A DNA stretch of 31,614 bases, from positions 1 to 31,614 of the IMG/VR virus record IMGVR_UViG_3300046779_000482, one strand, 5' to 3'. Every line of letters starts with the position of its first letter. The stretch's first letter is position 1. The DNA is from a virus. Its lineage: Duplodnaviria > Caudoviricetes. Below, in pieces: positions 8,287 through 18,044 of this stretch. The notes under the pieces are model-generated. The model did not search any database. It saw only the letters and a program-made list of their open reading frames with translations, and had not been told where the DNA came from. The position numbers were made by a program, and so were the translations under genes.

Positions 8287-10190
8287 TGGACTTAAGCAAG
8301 CTGTCAGACAAAGACCTAGAGGCGATTGCCTCTGGGGATATGTCAAAGGTTTCTGATGAGGGTTTGCGAACAATCGTCGTATCCGGCCAAATGAAGGCAA
8401 TTAAAAAGCCTATTGATGAAATGCTTGCTCAAGCAGAACGCAAGCCAGAGGTGTCGCCTGGTGGTGTTGCAAGGCAGTTAGGTTTAACCACAAGGGCTGC
8501 GATTACTGGATTAACGGCATTACCAACAATGATTGCTGACCCTATCACGGGTCTCATGAATGTTGTTGCAGGACGGCAGGTTGCCGCGCCTCCTAGCGAA
8601 ACCATACAAAACCTTCTAAATAAAATCCTCCCTCAACCACAGACAGCGCAAGAGCGTGTCTCTCAAGACTTGGCATCTGCTTTGGTTGGCACTGGCGGCG
8701 CTGTTCAGCTTGCCAAAAATGTTGAGCGCGTAGCAAAAAGCCCTGTAACGCGGGAGGTTGCCGCAACCTTAGCGAGAGACCCAAGGGCGCAAGGTATTGC
8801 CACGCTAGGAGGCGCTGGAGCCTCCAGCCTAGCAAGAGAAGAAGGGTTGCCTCCGATTGCACAAGCAGGCTTGGGGATCGTTGGCTCGATGACTCCTTCT
8901 GGCGCTCCGGCTGTTGCTAGGTCTGGCGCTCAGATTGCAAAAAGCGTAGTGCAGCCGTTTACGCAAGAAGGCCGAGAGGTAATGGTTGGCAACGTCCTCA
9001 ACCGATTTGCCACGATACCTGAGTCTGCCGCTGCAAGGGCTATGGCCGCACCAGAGTACATACCTGGCTCCATGCCGACACTTGCTGAGGCCGCTAGAGA
9101 CCCTGGCTTACTTGGTCTGCAAACACCTGTCGCTAAGATTTTAGATGTTCAAAACTTACTTGGTCAGCGTGTGGCGCAGCAAAACCTTGCTCGATCACAA
9201 GCATTTCAGGCTGAGTCTGGTGTTGGGCCAGAGGTTATTAAGTCGTTAGAAAAGATCAGAAAACAAACCACAAAGCCAATGCGAGAAGAGGCTTTCTTCG
9301 CTCAAAAAGAGTTTGGGCCTATGTCTTATGACGCGCTCAATCCTGTAAGGTCAGCCATGAACAATATTGTTCGCGGTGAAACCGGCGGGTCCAAGCCAGT
9401 TCGAGATGCGATGAAGTTTGTGCAGGGTTTGATTAAAGACGTTGAGGAAGTTCCGGTAACGCCAGAACGAATTTACGGCATACGCAAAGACATCAATCAA
9501 GCCATAGAAGGCAAGTTCGACAAAGAAGATTTCAGGCTAAGGCTTGCTGCTCAGGAACTTGGGCAGATCAGGTCTGTGATCGACGATGTTATTGAGCAGA
9601 GCGCACCTGGGTTCAAAAATTACCTCTCTGAATACCGCAGGCAGTCTGTTCCAATTAGCCAAAAACAACTTTTGCAAAAGATAGAAGAGAAATCTACGGT
9701 TGCGGCTAGAGACATCACAAGTGCAGAAAATGCCATTCCAATCTTTAGCCAAGCGAAGTTAAGAAGCCAGTTAACCAATAGGGCGCAAGAGATTGGTCGA
9801 ACCCTAAACCAAAGTCAGTCCACCATGCTTGATAACTTGATTAAGGATTTGGACAGAACATCGTCGCTAACATCTGCGGTAGCGCAACGTCCAGGCTCAG
9901 ACACATTCAAAAACTTCTCGACTGCCAATTTGATTGGCTCGATGTTCTCTGATGTGCTTGCGGATACCGCAACGGTCAAATCTCTGGCGATGCCTCTTAA
10001 TTTTTTATACAAGATTCCTGATGAGCGTGTTGGTCAGTTACTTGTCGAAGCCATGCTAGATCCGAAATTAGCTTCGCTAATGATGCAAAAAGCATCTAAA
10101 ATGACGGTTGAGCCTGTTTCTAAGGCGTTACGGAAAAAAGCTGAGGATCTAGGCTTTGCGCCGTTGATTTCAGGGATGCAAGCGGAGTAA
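8286..10190 (+). CDS. Large internal virion / DNA transfer protein (P22 gp16-like position)
   Basis: 634 aa helical protein; DLSKLSD N-terminus, Ala/Gly hydrophobic segments, GSDT and A.LDP motifs near the C-terminus. Confidence 0.6.
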   Translation: MDLSKLSDKDLEAIASGDMSKVSDEGLRTIVVSGQMKAIKKPIDEMLAQAERKPEVSPGGVARQLGLTTRAAITGLTALPTMIADPITGLMNVVAGRQVAAPPSETIQNLLNKILPQPQTAQERVSQDLASALVGTGGAVQLAKNVERVAKSPVTREVAATLARDPRAQGIATLGGAGASSLAREEGLPPIAQAGLGIVGSMTPSGAPAVARSGAQIAKSVVQPFTQEGREVMVGNVLNRFATIPESAAARAMAAPEYIPGSMPTLAEAARDPGLLGLQTPVAKILDVQNLLGQRVAQQNLARSQAFQAESGVGPEVIKSLEKIRKQTTKPMREEAFFAQKEFGPMSYDALNPVRSAMNNIVRGETGGSKPVRDAMKFVQGLIKDVEEVPVTPERIYGIRKDINQAIEGKFDKEDFRLRLAAQELGQIRSVIDDVIEQSAPGFKNYLSEYRRQSVPISQKQLLQKIEEKSTVAARDITSAENAIPIFSQAKLRSQLTNRAQEIGRTLNQSQSTMLDNLIKDLDRTSSLTSAVAQRPGSDTFKNFSTANLIGSMFSDVLADTATVKSLAMPLNFLYKIPDERVGQLLVEAMLDPKLASLMMQKASKMTVEPVSKALRKKAEDLGFAPLISGMQAE

Positions 10191-10192
10191 TC

Positions 10193-13100
10193 ATGGCAAA
10201 AACAAAGATTTCCGAGTTCTCCTCAACTCCAGGTAACAACACCGATATTGATGGCATTGACATTGCCGAGGGCTGCGCTCCCAGTAACATCAATAACGCG
10301 ATTCGTGAGCTTATGTCACAGCTCAAGAATCAGCAGGCCGGATTAGATGGCGACACCTTTACGACCAATGACGTTCTCACGGTCTCAGGTGTAACGGCTA
10401 ACGCAGGCCGCGTAAGGCTTGGTGAAGATGCAGACAACGGCACAAGCTACACAGAACTCAGATCTGCCGCGTCTCTTGCCTCTAACGTCACTTTCGTTCT
10501 TCCCTCTGCTGATGGTTCAGCTTCGTCTCTAGTCCAGACAGACGGTTCAGGAAACCTATCCTTCCAAGCCTCGACAGGAACAGGAAACATCGTCCGCGCA
10601 TCTTCTCCTGCGCTCACAACCCCAGACCTCGGCACACCTTCTGCGGTTAACCTTTCTAACGCCACCAATCTACCGATCTCAAGCATTGCAAGCCTTGGGT
10701 CTGGTGTTGCTTCTGCGCTCGCGGTCAATGTTGGCTCATCGGGTGCGTTTACGACCTTTAACGGCGCGATGGGAACACCATCGAGCATTACACTCACCAA
10801 TGCCTCTGGGATGCCTCTATCGGGCGTTACAGGGCTAGGAACTGACGTTGCAACGGCTTTGGGTGTTGCGGTAGGTTCATCTGGCGCTTTTGTCACTACG
10901 TCAGGATCAGGCGCTTCTGGTAGTTGGAACATCAACGCAGCAACCGTAACCAACGGTGTTTATACCAATGGTTCTTATGCTGACCCTGCGTGGATTACAT
11001 CTCTAGCGGCTACAAAACTAACAGGGTCTATTCCGATCTCTGCTGGAGGCACAGGACAAAGCTCAAAAGACGCAGCGTTTAATGCTCTGGCCCCAACAAC
11101 CACAAAAGGCGACATCATTGCTAACTCAGGAACGACGAACATACGCGTTCCTGTAGGCACTGATGGGCAGATCCTTATTGCTGACTCAACACAGACAAGC
11201 GGTGTTAAGTGGGGGTCAGTAACAGGCGTAGGAACAGTCACATCGGTAGGTATTACGCCTCCTGCGTTCTTGACTGCAAGCTCTGCGATTACCTCCTCTG
11301 GAAACATCTCGCTTACCTACAACGGTACAGCGATTCCTGTTACGTCAGGTGGTACAGGACTTAACTCGTTAGGTGCTGCCCTTCAAGTTCTACGCGTTAA
11401 CTCAGGTGGGACGGCTCTTGAGTTTGCAACGCTTCCGACAAGTGGTGATGTATCTGGCCCTGCTTCTTCGACAGACGCGCAGCTAGCGATCTTTGATGGC
11501 GGTACAGGGAAAGTCATTCGCGCAGCCACAACCACGGGTGTCTTAAAGGCGACCTCTGGCGTTGTAACTGCGGCTTCTGCTGGAACGGATTACATAGCCC
11601 CAGGTGGAGCATTAGGAACCCCTTCTTCTGGTACGTTAACCAATGTCACGGGTCTACCAATATCCACAGGCGTATCGGGATTAGGCACAAACGTAGCGAC
11701 TGCACTCGGTGTAAGCGTAGGGTCTGCCGGAGCCTTTGTCCTTAACGGTGGTGCATTAGGAACCCCAACATCAGGAACCCTAACCAACGCCACAGGACTT
11801 CCTGTTTCTACGGGTATATCAGGACTAGGAACTAATGTAGCGTCTGCTCTAGCGGTCAACGTAGGTTCTTCTGGTGCTGTCGTTGTGAACGGTGGTGCGC
11901 TAGGCACACCTTCGTCTGGTACGCTAACCAACGCCACGGGATTACCTTTATCGACTGGTGTTACAGGAACACTGCCTGTAGCTAACGGAGGTACTGGGTT
12001 AACTGCGTTAGGTTCTGCCAATCAATACCTGAAGGTTAACTCTGGTGGTTCTGCGCTTGAGTTCGCGACCTTAACGGCAGGTGATGTCTCTGGCCCGTCA
12101 AGTTCGACAGACAACGCAATTGCTAGGTTTGACTCTACTACCGGCAAACTGCTTCAAAACTCAGCCGCAACAATCACAGACACCGGACAGGGCTCTTTTG
12201 TTGGCTACATGCAGGTTACGGCTAACACAGGAGCAGGAACTTCTGGATACCTTGAACTCCAGTCAGCAGACGCAGGGTCAGGCACAAAGACGCTACGTCT
12301 ACAACCATCAAGTTCTGCATCTACCTCGACACAAACCTACACGTTCCCGACCTCTTACGGAACGAATGGGAATGTCCTTACGTCTGACGGGTCGGGTGGA
12401 CTATCCTGGGGTGCTGCTGGTGGTAATCCTGCGGGATCAAGCACTCAGATTCAGTTTAATTCTTCTGGTGCGTTTGGTGCTTCTGCAAACCTTACTTGGG
12501 ACGGTTCTAATGTCCAGTTAGGTGCTACAGGTGCGCTTCGTCTAGCGGATCTTGACTCAAGTAACTACATAGGCATCAAGGCTCCTGATACGGTAGCGTC
12601 TAACGTTACGTATACGCTTCCAAGTGCTGATGGCTCTAACGGTCAGGCACTAACAACAAACGGATCAGGAACGCTTGCTTGGACTTCGTTGTCTGCGACT
12701 CCTGGTGGATCTAACACTCAAATCCAGTTCAATAGCTCAGGGTCTTTTGGTGGCTCATCGAACCTAACCTGGGACGGTGTAAACGTCCAGCTAGGCGCAA
12801 CTGGTGCTATGCGGTTTGCTGACACCGACTCTAGTAATTACATTGGTCTTAAGGCCCCTGGAACGGTTGCGGCTAACGTAACCTTTACATTACCTAACGC
12901 TGATGGTTCTAACGGGCAGTTCTTAAAGACTGACGGTTCCGGTGCGTTGTCTTGGGCTACGCCAGCGGGTGGCGGTGATGTAACCGGCCCTGGTACTTCG
13001 TATAACTCGTCTATTGCGGTATACAACGGCACATCCGGTACATCAATCACAAATTCTATTACCAGTAGTTATGCCTACTATGCGCTTACTTCGTATGGTG

Positions 13101-13663
13101 TTAGTGGTTACGACGCTTATCTTGCTAATGACGGAAGGATCGTTGCTGGTTACTCAATCAATGTTAAGCAAGCCAATGGTTCTGGCGGTGGATTAAAGCT
13201 AGATTACTTTGATGGTTCGTCTCATTCCGTAACTTTGCAAGCCCCGTCTTCTGGTGGCAATAGTGTTTTTGTTCTTCCAGCGGGAACCGGAACTAATGGT
13301 CAGGCGTTAGTAACAAACGGCTCAGGTGTTTTATCTTGGTCAACAATCACTGGGACAGGAACCGTTACATCAGTAGCCGTTTCTGGTGGTACTACGGGAC
13401 TCACAACATCGGGTGGGCCAATTACCAGTTCAGGAACCATTACGCTTGCTGGTACATTAGCAGTTGCTAACGGCGGCACTGGTCAAACTAGCTACACAAA
13501 CGGTCAATTGTTGATTGGTAATTCAACAGGCAATACGCTTACAAAAGCAACGCTTACCGCCGGTTCTGGCATTTCCATCACAAACGGAACGGGGTCTATA
13601 ACCATTGCCGCGACGGGTGGTGGTGGCTTTAGCCCAGTAACAGCAGGAATGATCTTCGGATAG
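10193..13663 (+). CDS. Long tail fibre protein with modular repeats
   Basis: 1156 aa, Gly/Ser/Thr-rich; N-terminal anchor-like IAEGCAPSNINNAIRELM; repeated LPVANGGTG and GQ.L.TDGSG.LSW motifs. Confidence 0.85.
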   Translation: MAKTKISEFSSTPGNNTDIDGIDIAEGCAPSNINNAIRELMSQLKNQQAGLDGDTFTTNDVLTVSGVTANAGRVRLGEDADNGTSYTELRSAASLASNVTFVLPSADGSASSLVQTDGSGNLSFQASTGTGNIVRASSPALTTPDLGTPSAVNLSNATNLPISSIASLGSGVASALAVNVGSSGAFTTFNGAMGTPSSITLTNASGMPLSGVTGLGTDVATALGVAVGSSGAFVTTSGSGASGSWNINAATVTNGVYTNGSYADPAWITSLAATKLTGSIPISAGGTGQSSKDAAFNALAPTTTKGDIIANSGTTNIRVPVGTDGQILIADSTQTSGVKWGSVTGVGTVTSVGITPPAFLTASSAITSSGNISLTYNGTAIPVTSGGTGLNSLGAALQVLRVNSGGTALEFATLPTSGDVSGPASSTDAQLAIFDGGTGKVIRAATTTGVLKATSGVVTAASAGTDYIAPGGALGTPSSGTLTNVTGLPISTGVSGLGTNVATALGVSVGSAGAFVLNGGALGTPTSGTLTNATGLPVSTGISGLGTNVASALAVNVGSSGAVVVNGGALGTPSSGTLTNATGLPLSTGVTGTLPVANGGTGLTALGSANQYLKVNSGGSALEFATLTAGDVSGPSSSTDNAIARFDSTTGKLLQNSAATITDTGQGSFVGYMQVTANTGAGTSGYLELQSADAGSGTKTLRLQPSSSASTSTQTYTFPTSYGTNGNVLTSDGSGGLSWGAAGGNPAGSSTQIQFNSSGAFGASANLTWDGSNVQLGATGALRLADLDSSNYIGIKAPDTVASNVTYTLPSADGSNGQALTTNGSGTLAWTSLSATPGGSNTQIQFNSSGSFGGSSNLTWDGVNVQLGATGAMRFADTDSSNYIGLKAPGTVAANVTFTLPNADGSNGQFLKTDGSGALSWATPAGGGDVTGPGTSYNSSIAVYNGTSGTSITNSITSSYAYYALTSYGVSGYDAYLANDGRIVAGYSINVKQANGSGGGLKLDYFDGSSHSVTLQAPSSGGNSVFVLPAGTGTNGQALVTNGSGVLSWSTITGTGTVTSVAVSGGTTGLTTSGGPITSSGTITLAGTLAVANGGTGQTSYTNGQLLIGNSTGNTLTKATLTAGSGISITNGTGSITIAATGGGGFSPVTAGMIFG
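11603..11990 (+). repeat. 144-bp (48-aa) tandem repeats in tail fibre
   Basis: GGALGTP(S/T)SGTLTN.TGLP units start at 11603, 11747 and 11891; two degenerate copies start near 10628 and 10769. Confidence 0.9.
12428..12960 (+). repeat. 273-bp (91-aa) tandem duplication in tail fibre
   Basis: P.GS.TQIQFNSSG...NLTWDG.NVQLGATGA...DSSNYIG.KAP...TLP.ADGSNGQ starts at 12428 and again at 12701. Confidence 0.9.
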
Positions 13664-13671
13664 GAATAAAC

Positions 13672-14046
13672 ATGACAGCTCCAAACCTACTCTCACCGAC
13701 AACCATCAACGGCAAGACCGTAACGGTTGACCTGTCATCAACGTCTGCAACGTCTATTCTTAGTAACGCTGCAAGTTCAGGCAAGGTCTTAAAAGTCAAC
13801 TCGCTTTATGTTGCTAACGTAGACGGAACTAGCAACGCAGAGATTACGATTAACTTTTACTCTGCTGCTGCGCTAGGTGGTACGGCTACACAGATAGCAT
13901 CTACAGTAGTTGTTCCTGCTGACTCTACCTTGGTGGTGATTGATAAAGACGCTTACATTTATCTTGAAGAAGATCGTTCACTAGGTGCTACAGCGGGAAC
14001 GGCTAGTGATTTAAAAGTGGTTTGTTCTTACGAAGATATTAGCTAG
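13672..14046 (+). CDS. Tail-fibre-associated virion protein
   Basis: 124 aa, beta-rich; AGGA RBS; VANVDG and IYLEE motifs. Confidence 0.6.
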   Translation: MTAPNLLSPTTINGKTVTVDLSSTSATSILSNAASSGKVLKVNSLYVANVDGTSNAEITINFYSAAALGGTATQIASTVVVPADSTLVVIDKDAYIYLEEDRSLGATAGTASDLKVVCSYEDIS

Positions 14047-14054
14047 GAGTCGCC

Positions 14055-15032
14055 ATGCCCAGAGGTAACGGCGGGATAATCGGCCCCGCAAACATCCCGA
14101 CATCATTGTCAGCGAAAGGTGTATGGTCTTTGGCGGAAGCGCAGTTAGCTAAAACTCAAGGTACATGGCCGCCAATTGGGATTGCTTTGACCGTCGAATA
14201 CCTTGTTCTTGCGGGAGGTGCCGGAGGAAATACTAGCAACGGTGGTGGCGGTGGAGCTGGTGGATACCGAACAAACTTTACTTCTTCTGCTGGCACTCCA
14301 TCGCCTAAAATATCTGGTGGTGGTGGGGCTATTGAGTCTGCTTTAACACTATATACAGCGCAGAATTATGCGATTACCGTGGGGGCTGGAGGTGCTACTT
14401 CTGGGACAACTGCAAGCCAAGGTAATAATTCTGTTTTTGCAACAATAACATCACTGGGCGGCGGCGTCCCTGGGAATAGAGCTGCAACACAGGCTGCTGC
14501 TATTGGAGGTTCCGGAGGCGGCGGGGCTTCAACAGCAAACGCAACCTACAACACAGGAGCCTCTGGAACATCTAATCAAGGGTATGCTGGCGGTAATGGG
14601 GCTGACCTCGGAAACTACAGGGGTGGTGGAGGCGGTGGTGCAGGCGGTGCTGGAGCTTCTTCTGCAACAAGCGGTAATGGCGGTCAGGGAGTTTACTCAT
14701 CAATAACGGGTTCTGACGTACAGCGTGGTGGTGGCGGTGGCGCAGGCGCAAACAGTGGCGCAGGAACGGGCGGTGCTGGAGGTGGCGGCAATGGTGCTAC
14801 AACTGGGTCAGCAACCTCTGGCACTGCAAACACAGGCGGTGGTGGAGGTAGTACAGGAGGTGGAACTGCTGGTGCTGGTGGGTCTGGGGTTGTCATCATA
14901 AGAATTCCAGACACCCGTACAGCAACATTTTCATCTGGGGTTGCTTATTCTGGTGGGTCTGCAAGTGGGGGGTACAAAACTTATACTGTCACGTCAACCT
15001 CATCAACTTCAGAAACAGTTTCATTTAGCTGA
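14055..15032 (+). CDS. Glycine-rich tail / receptor-binding protein
   Basis: 325 aa; VEYLVLAGG, GGGGAGG runs, NTGGGGG, GGSGVVIIR; AGGAG RBS. Confidence 0.75.
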   Translation: MPRGNGGIIGPANIPTSLSAKGVWSLAEAQLAKTQGTWPPIGIALTVEYLVLAGGAGGNTSNGGGGGAGGYRTNFTSSAGTPSPKISGGGGAIESALTLYTAQNYAITVGAGGATSGTTASQGNNSVFATITSLGGGVPGNRAATQAAAIGGSGGGGASTANATYNTGASGTSNQGYAGGNGADLGNYRGGGGGGAGGAGASSATSGNGGQGVYSSITGSDVQRGGGGGAGANSGAGTGGAGGGGNGATTGSATSGTANTGGGGGSTGGGTAGAGGSGVVIIRIPDTRTATFSSGVAYSGGSASGGYKTYTVTSTSSTSETVSFS

Positions 15033-15040
15033 GGAAGGAC

Positions 15041-15412
15041 ATGGCGCATTTTGCAAAACTTAATGAAAACAATGTCGTTGTCTTTGTCACTGTAGGCCGC
15101 GATGAAGATCGTGAGGATGAATTGACTGCTCGCACTGGCGATGTTTATAAACAAACGAGTTATAACACTAGAGGCGGCATTCATTATCAAGCTGATGGGT
15201 CAGTTTCTTCTGACCAATCAAAAGCGTTTCGTAAGAACTACGCTGGGATTGGCTACACCTACCGCGCAGATATAGATGCGTTTGTGCCGCCTAAGCCTTT
15301 TGCTAGCTGGCTTCTTAACGCTGATGCACAGTGGGAAGCTCCCGTTTCTATGCCAACTGACGGTAAAATGTACTCATGGGATGAGGACACCACAAGTTGG
15401 ATTGAGATATGA
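15041..15412 (+). CDS. Phage protein accompanying Gly-rich tail proteins (possible chaperone)
   Basis: MAHFAKL...QTSYN...FRKNYAGIGY...PPKP..SW...W..PV.MP...Y.WDE pattern. Confidence 0.65.
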   Translation: MAHFAKLNENNVVVFVTVGRDEDREDELTARTGDVYKQTSYNTRGGIHYQADGSVSSDQSKAFRKNYAGIGYTYRADIDAFVPPKPFASWLLNADAQWEAPVSMPTDGKMYSWDEDTTSWIEI

Positions 15413-15627
15413 CACCCGAACAGAAGTCAGACGTACTTGTTGAAGCTGCAAAGGCTGCTCCTCCAGTGGTAATTACAACGGCTGTGACCGTTGGTGGTCT
15501 GACTCTGAACGAATGGGTCGCTATTGCTACCCTGCTCTACATTGTGTTACAGTCCGGCTGGCTTGTCTGGAAATGGTTCCATGCCATAAAAGATAAGAAG
15601 AATGAAGCACAATCTTCCGATAGTTAA
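15409..15627 (+). CDS. Small holin-like membrane protein
   Basis: 72 aa; TLNEWVAIATLLYIVLQ hydrophobic helix and a charged C-terminus; start of the lysis region. Confidence 0.6.
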   Translation: MTPEQKSDVLVEAAKAAPPVVITTAVTVGGLTLNEWVAIATLLYIVLQSGWLVWKWFHAIKDKKNEAQSSDS

Positions 15628-15898
15628 AGTAGTTTGGGAAGATGCCTGCCATGACACTCTGGGTTGGGGTGATAGCCCAGAGAAAGCCAAGGACTTTCAG
15701 GTTCCGCTTGTTGTCTCTATAGGATTTTTATTAGCAGAGACCAAGCAGGGCGTGAAAATTTGTCAGTCATTGACTGACGACGCAATTGCTCAGTCTTTGG
15801 TGATTCCTCGAAAGATGATCCAGAGCATCGAGCGAGGGGCTTGCAGGTGCGTAAGAAATCCGAAGATGAAGAGTTCATCAAAGTCTGGAAAGAGTTAG
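15602..15898 (+). CDS. Hypothetical phage protein (V.W.DA family)
   Basis: 98 aa; IVKVVWEDA, SIGFL and IPRKMI motifs. Confidence 0.6.
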   Translation: MKHNLPIVKVVWEDACHDTLGWGDSPEKAKDFQVPLVVSIGFLLAETKQGVKICQSLTDDAIAQSLVIPRKMIQSIERGACRCVRNPKMKSSSKSGKS

Positions 15899-16782
15899 GC
15901 AGTCCATCACGCATTGCCGAGCGTCTAGGAATAGCCGTTAGAAATGTCTACGAACGACGGCGGACAATCGAGAAAACCCACAATATCCTACTGCCAACCA
16001 AAGACGGCCGTTTCACCATACCTGAGAATCGCAGGCGAGCAACCCTAGAAATTGAAGGCTATGTGCTTGTCTTTAGCGACGCTCACTTCATGCCTGGAGA
16101 ACCCTCTGTGGGCTTCCAAGCCCTCCTAAAACTTATCAAGACCCTAAAGCCAAAAGCGGTCATTGCAAACGGCGACATCCTTGATGGCGGGACTATCTCC
16201 AAGTACGGCGCAATGGACTGGGAGCCTGTTACAAACCTTCGTGACGAACTAGAGGCAGTCCAGTGGCACATGGATCAGATCGTGAAGGCGTGTAAGGGTC
16301 TAGGAACCTTCCTGCATCGAACGACAGGCAACCATGACATCCGGTTCGACAAGCGGTTAGCAGGCGCAGTTCCTGAGTTTCGAGGCATTGCTGGAACATG
16401 TCTTAAAGATCATATTCCTGAGTGGTCTGTAAGTTGGTCGGTCATGGTTAATGACCTTTGTATGATTAAGCACAGGCTCCAACACGGCGGTATCCACTCA
16501 GGATATAACAACACGCTGAAAGCAGGGATCTCTACGGTCTCAGGGCACACCCATCTTTTAGAGGTTAAGGGCTGGGGCGACTATCGAGGAAGAAGGTACG
16601 GGGTCTCCACGGGAATGCTGGCCGATCCTGGCGGAAACCAGTTTGCTTACCTTGAAGATAATCCTGTCCCATGGTGTTCAGGGTTTGCTGTCTTGTGTTT
16701 CAGGGATGGTTTACTCTTGCCTCCTGAACTCGTCGAGGTTATTGAGGGCACTGCTTACTTTAGGGGTCAAGCTGTTGGCTAA
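15847..16782 (+). CDS. HTH-fused calcineurin-like metallophosphoesterase
   Basis: All five motifs present (SDAH, GDILD, GNHD, H, GHTH); N-terminal HTH-like IAERLGIAVRNV; start probably GTG 15847. Confidence 0.8.
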   Translation: MRKKSEDEEFIKVWKELGSPSRIAERLGIAVRNVYERRRTIEKTHNILLPTKDGRFTIPENRRRATLEIEGYVLVFSDAHFMPGEPSVGFQALLKLIKTLKPKAVIANGDILDGGTISKYGAMDWEPVTNLRDELEAVQWHMDQIVKACKGLGTFLHRTTGNHDIRFDKRLAGAVPEFRGIAGTCLKDHIPEWSVSWSVMVNDLCMIKHRLQHGGIHSGYNNTLKAGISTVSGHTHLLEVKGWGDYRGRRYGVSTGMLADPGGNQFAYLEDNPVPWCSGFAVLCFRDGLLLPPELVEVIEGTAYFRGQAVG

Positions 16783-17275
16783 CTTTGAATCTGCTTACGA
16801 CAAGATGATGGAGGACGAGGGGGGTTACGTTCTCCATGAGGTTAAAGGAGACCGAGGCGGTCAGACCTATGCGGGTATTGCTCGCAAGATGCACCCAAAG
16901 TGGGAGGGCTGGCAGCATATTGACTACCAGGAAACGCCTCCAACACAGTTAGTCCGAGACTTTTACAGAGAGAACTTCTGGGACAAGATCAAAGGCGACG
17001 ATTTAACGCATGACGTTATAGCCTCGTCGATCTTTAACTTTGCTGTTAACGCTGGCGTTCCCGTGTCCATCAAACTTGCCCAGATATGCGTCAAAACGGC
17101 CCCAGACGGCGTTATCGGGCCCAAGACCATATCAGCACTCAACCAAGCCAATCCTGAGCTCTTCGTGGCTTATTACGCGCTTGCAAAACTCGCCCGTTAT
17201 CGTGACATTGTGACGCGAGATAGAAGCCAACTTAAGTTCCTCCTTGGTTGGGTAAACAGGACGCTCAAGCTATGA
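16775..17275 (+). CDS. Endolysin, glycoside hydrolase family 108, with peptidoglycan-binding C-terminus
   Basis: EGGY catalytic motif, D.GG.T..GI, AVNAG, DGVIGPKT, FL.GW.NR; start probably TTG 16775 (AGGGG upstream). Confidence 0.88.
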   Translation: MANFESAYDKMMEDEGGYVLHEVKGDRGGQTYAGIARKMHPKWEGWQHIDYQETPPTQLVRDFYRENFWDKIKGDDLTHDVIASSIFNFAVNAGVPVSIKLAQICVKTAPDGVIGPKTISALNQANPELFVAYYALAKLARYRDIVTRDRSQLKFLLGWVNRTLKL

Positions 17276-17685
17276 ATTTTCTCGGCATTGGCTCAGTCAT
17301 TGAATCCGTTGGCAAGGTTGCTAGCGACCTGATAACGACCGACAAAGAGCGCATGGAGCTTGAGCTTGAGGCCAAGCGTATAGACCAAGCAATAGACCTC
17401 GGTCAAATGGAAGTGAACAAGGTCGAAGCCGCTAATCAGAATATGTTTGTTTCCGGTTGGAGACCTGCTATCGGTTGGGTTGGTGCTGGCGCAATGTTCT
17501 ACCAGTTTCTTCTGTACCCTCTTTTGGTCTGGGCGTGGACTTGGATGCAGGCAGAACAGATCGTTCCGCAAGAGGTAAAGCCTCCTCCGATGCTGGATAC
17601 CGACGCTCTATGGGTTATTTTGAGCGGGATGCTTGGGATTGCTGGCATGAGGAGTTTTGAAAAGAGTCGCGGTGTTGCGCGGTAA
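17272..17685 (+). CDS. Holin, GTA-type 3TM family (DUF3154-like)
   Basis: FVSGWRPAIGW and MLGIAGMRSFEK motifs; ATGA overlap with endolysin. Confidence 0.8.
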   Translation: MNFLGIGSVIESVGKVASDLITTDKERMELELEAKRIDQAIDLGQMEVNKVEAANQNMFVSGWRPAIGWVGAGAMFYQFLLYPLLVWAWTWMQAEQIVPQEVKPPPMLDTDALWVILSGMLGIAGMRSFEKSRGVAR

Positions 17686-17890
17686 CTTCGTCTCGCACCA
17701 TTTGGCCGATCTTGTCCCCATGTATTTTGTCGATCTTCTCAATGATTGGAAGTCGTTTGTTCTTAGGTAGCTTCAAGATCATCTTTGCCCAGTCCTGAAC
17801 GACAAACGGCAGAGCACTTTCGTACGCTGCCGTTATCTCCTCAACATCAGACGACTTAACTTGCTTGATGAGGTTGATCCACGATTCCAC
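17615..17890 (-). CDS. Hypothetical protein, last gene of leftward operon
   Basis: 91 aa helical ORF chained to upstream minus-strand genes; overlaps the holin 3' end. Confidence 0.5.
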   Translation of the reverse strand: MESWINLIKQVKSSDVEEITAAYESALPFVVQDWAKMILKLPKNKRLPIIEKIDKIHGDKIGQMVRDEVTAQHRDSFQNSSCQQSQASRSK

Positions 17891-18044
17891 GGATCGACCA
17901 CTCCCGAAAAGCCTTATGTTTTGCCATTGTGTCTGGGCACTCGGTTGACGGTGGAATCCATCCGCGTTCCCTCCAGATTTCCTCGACGGGTCTGAATTTT
18001 TCTGTCCTCGTCTGATTCTCGATTAACTCTTTCCAGTTGCTCAT
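17856..18044 (-). CDS. Hypothetical protein
   Basis: 62 aa; ATGA-coupled to upstream gene; W...GW.PPS motif. Confidence 0.5.
   Translation of the reverse strand: MSNWKELIENQTRTEKFRPVEEIWRERGWIPPSTECPDTMAKHKAFREWSIRGIVDQPHQAS

Noticed and set aside
11603-12960. Repeats as a CRISPR array or DGR template/variable repeats
   Set aside because: The repeats are in-frame protein modules with synonymous differences. There are no unique spacers, no adenine-specific variation and no reverse transcriptase gene.
16643-16774. Hydrophobic N-terminal extension (SAR-like) on the endolysin
   Set aside because: It lies wholly inside the phosphoesterase gene; TTG 16775 has an RBS and gives a typical GH108 N-terminus.
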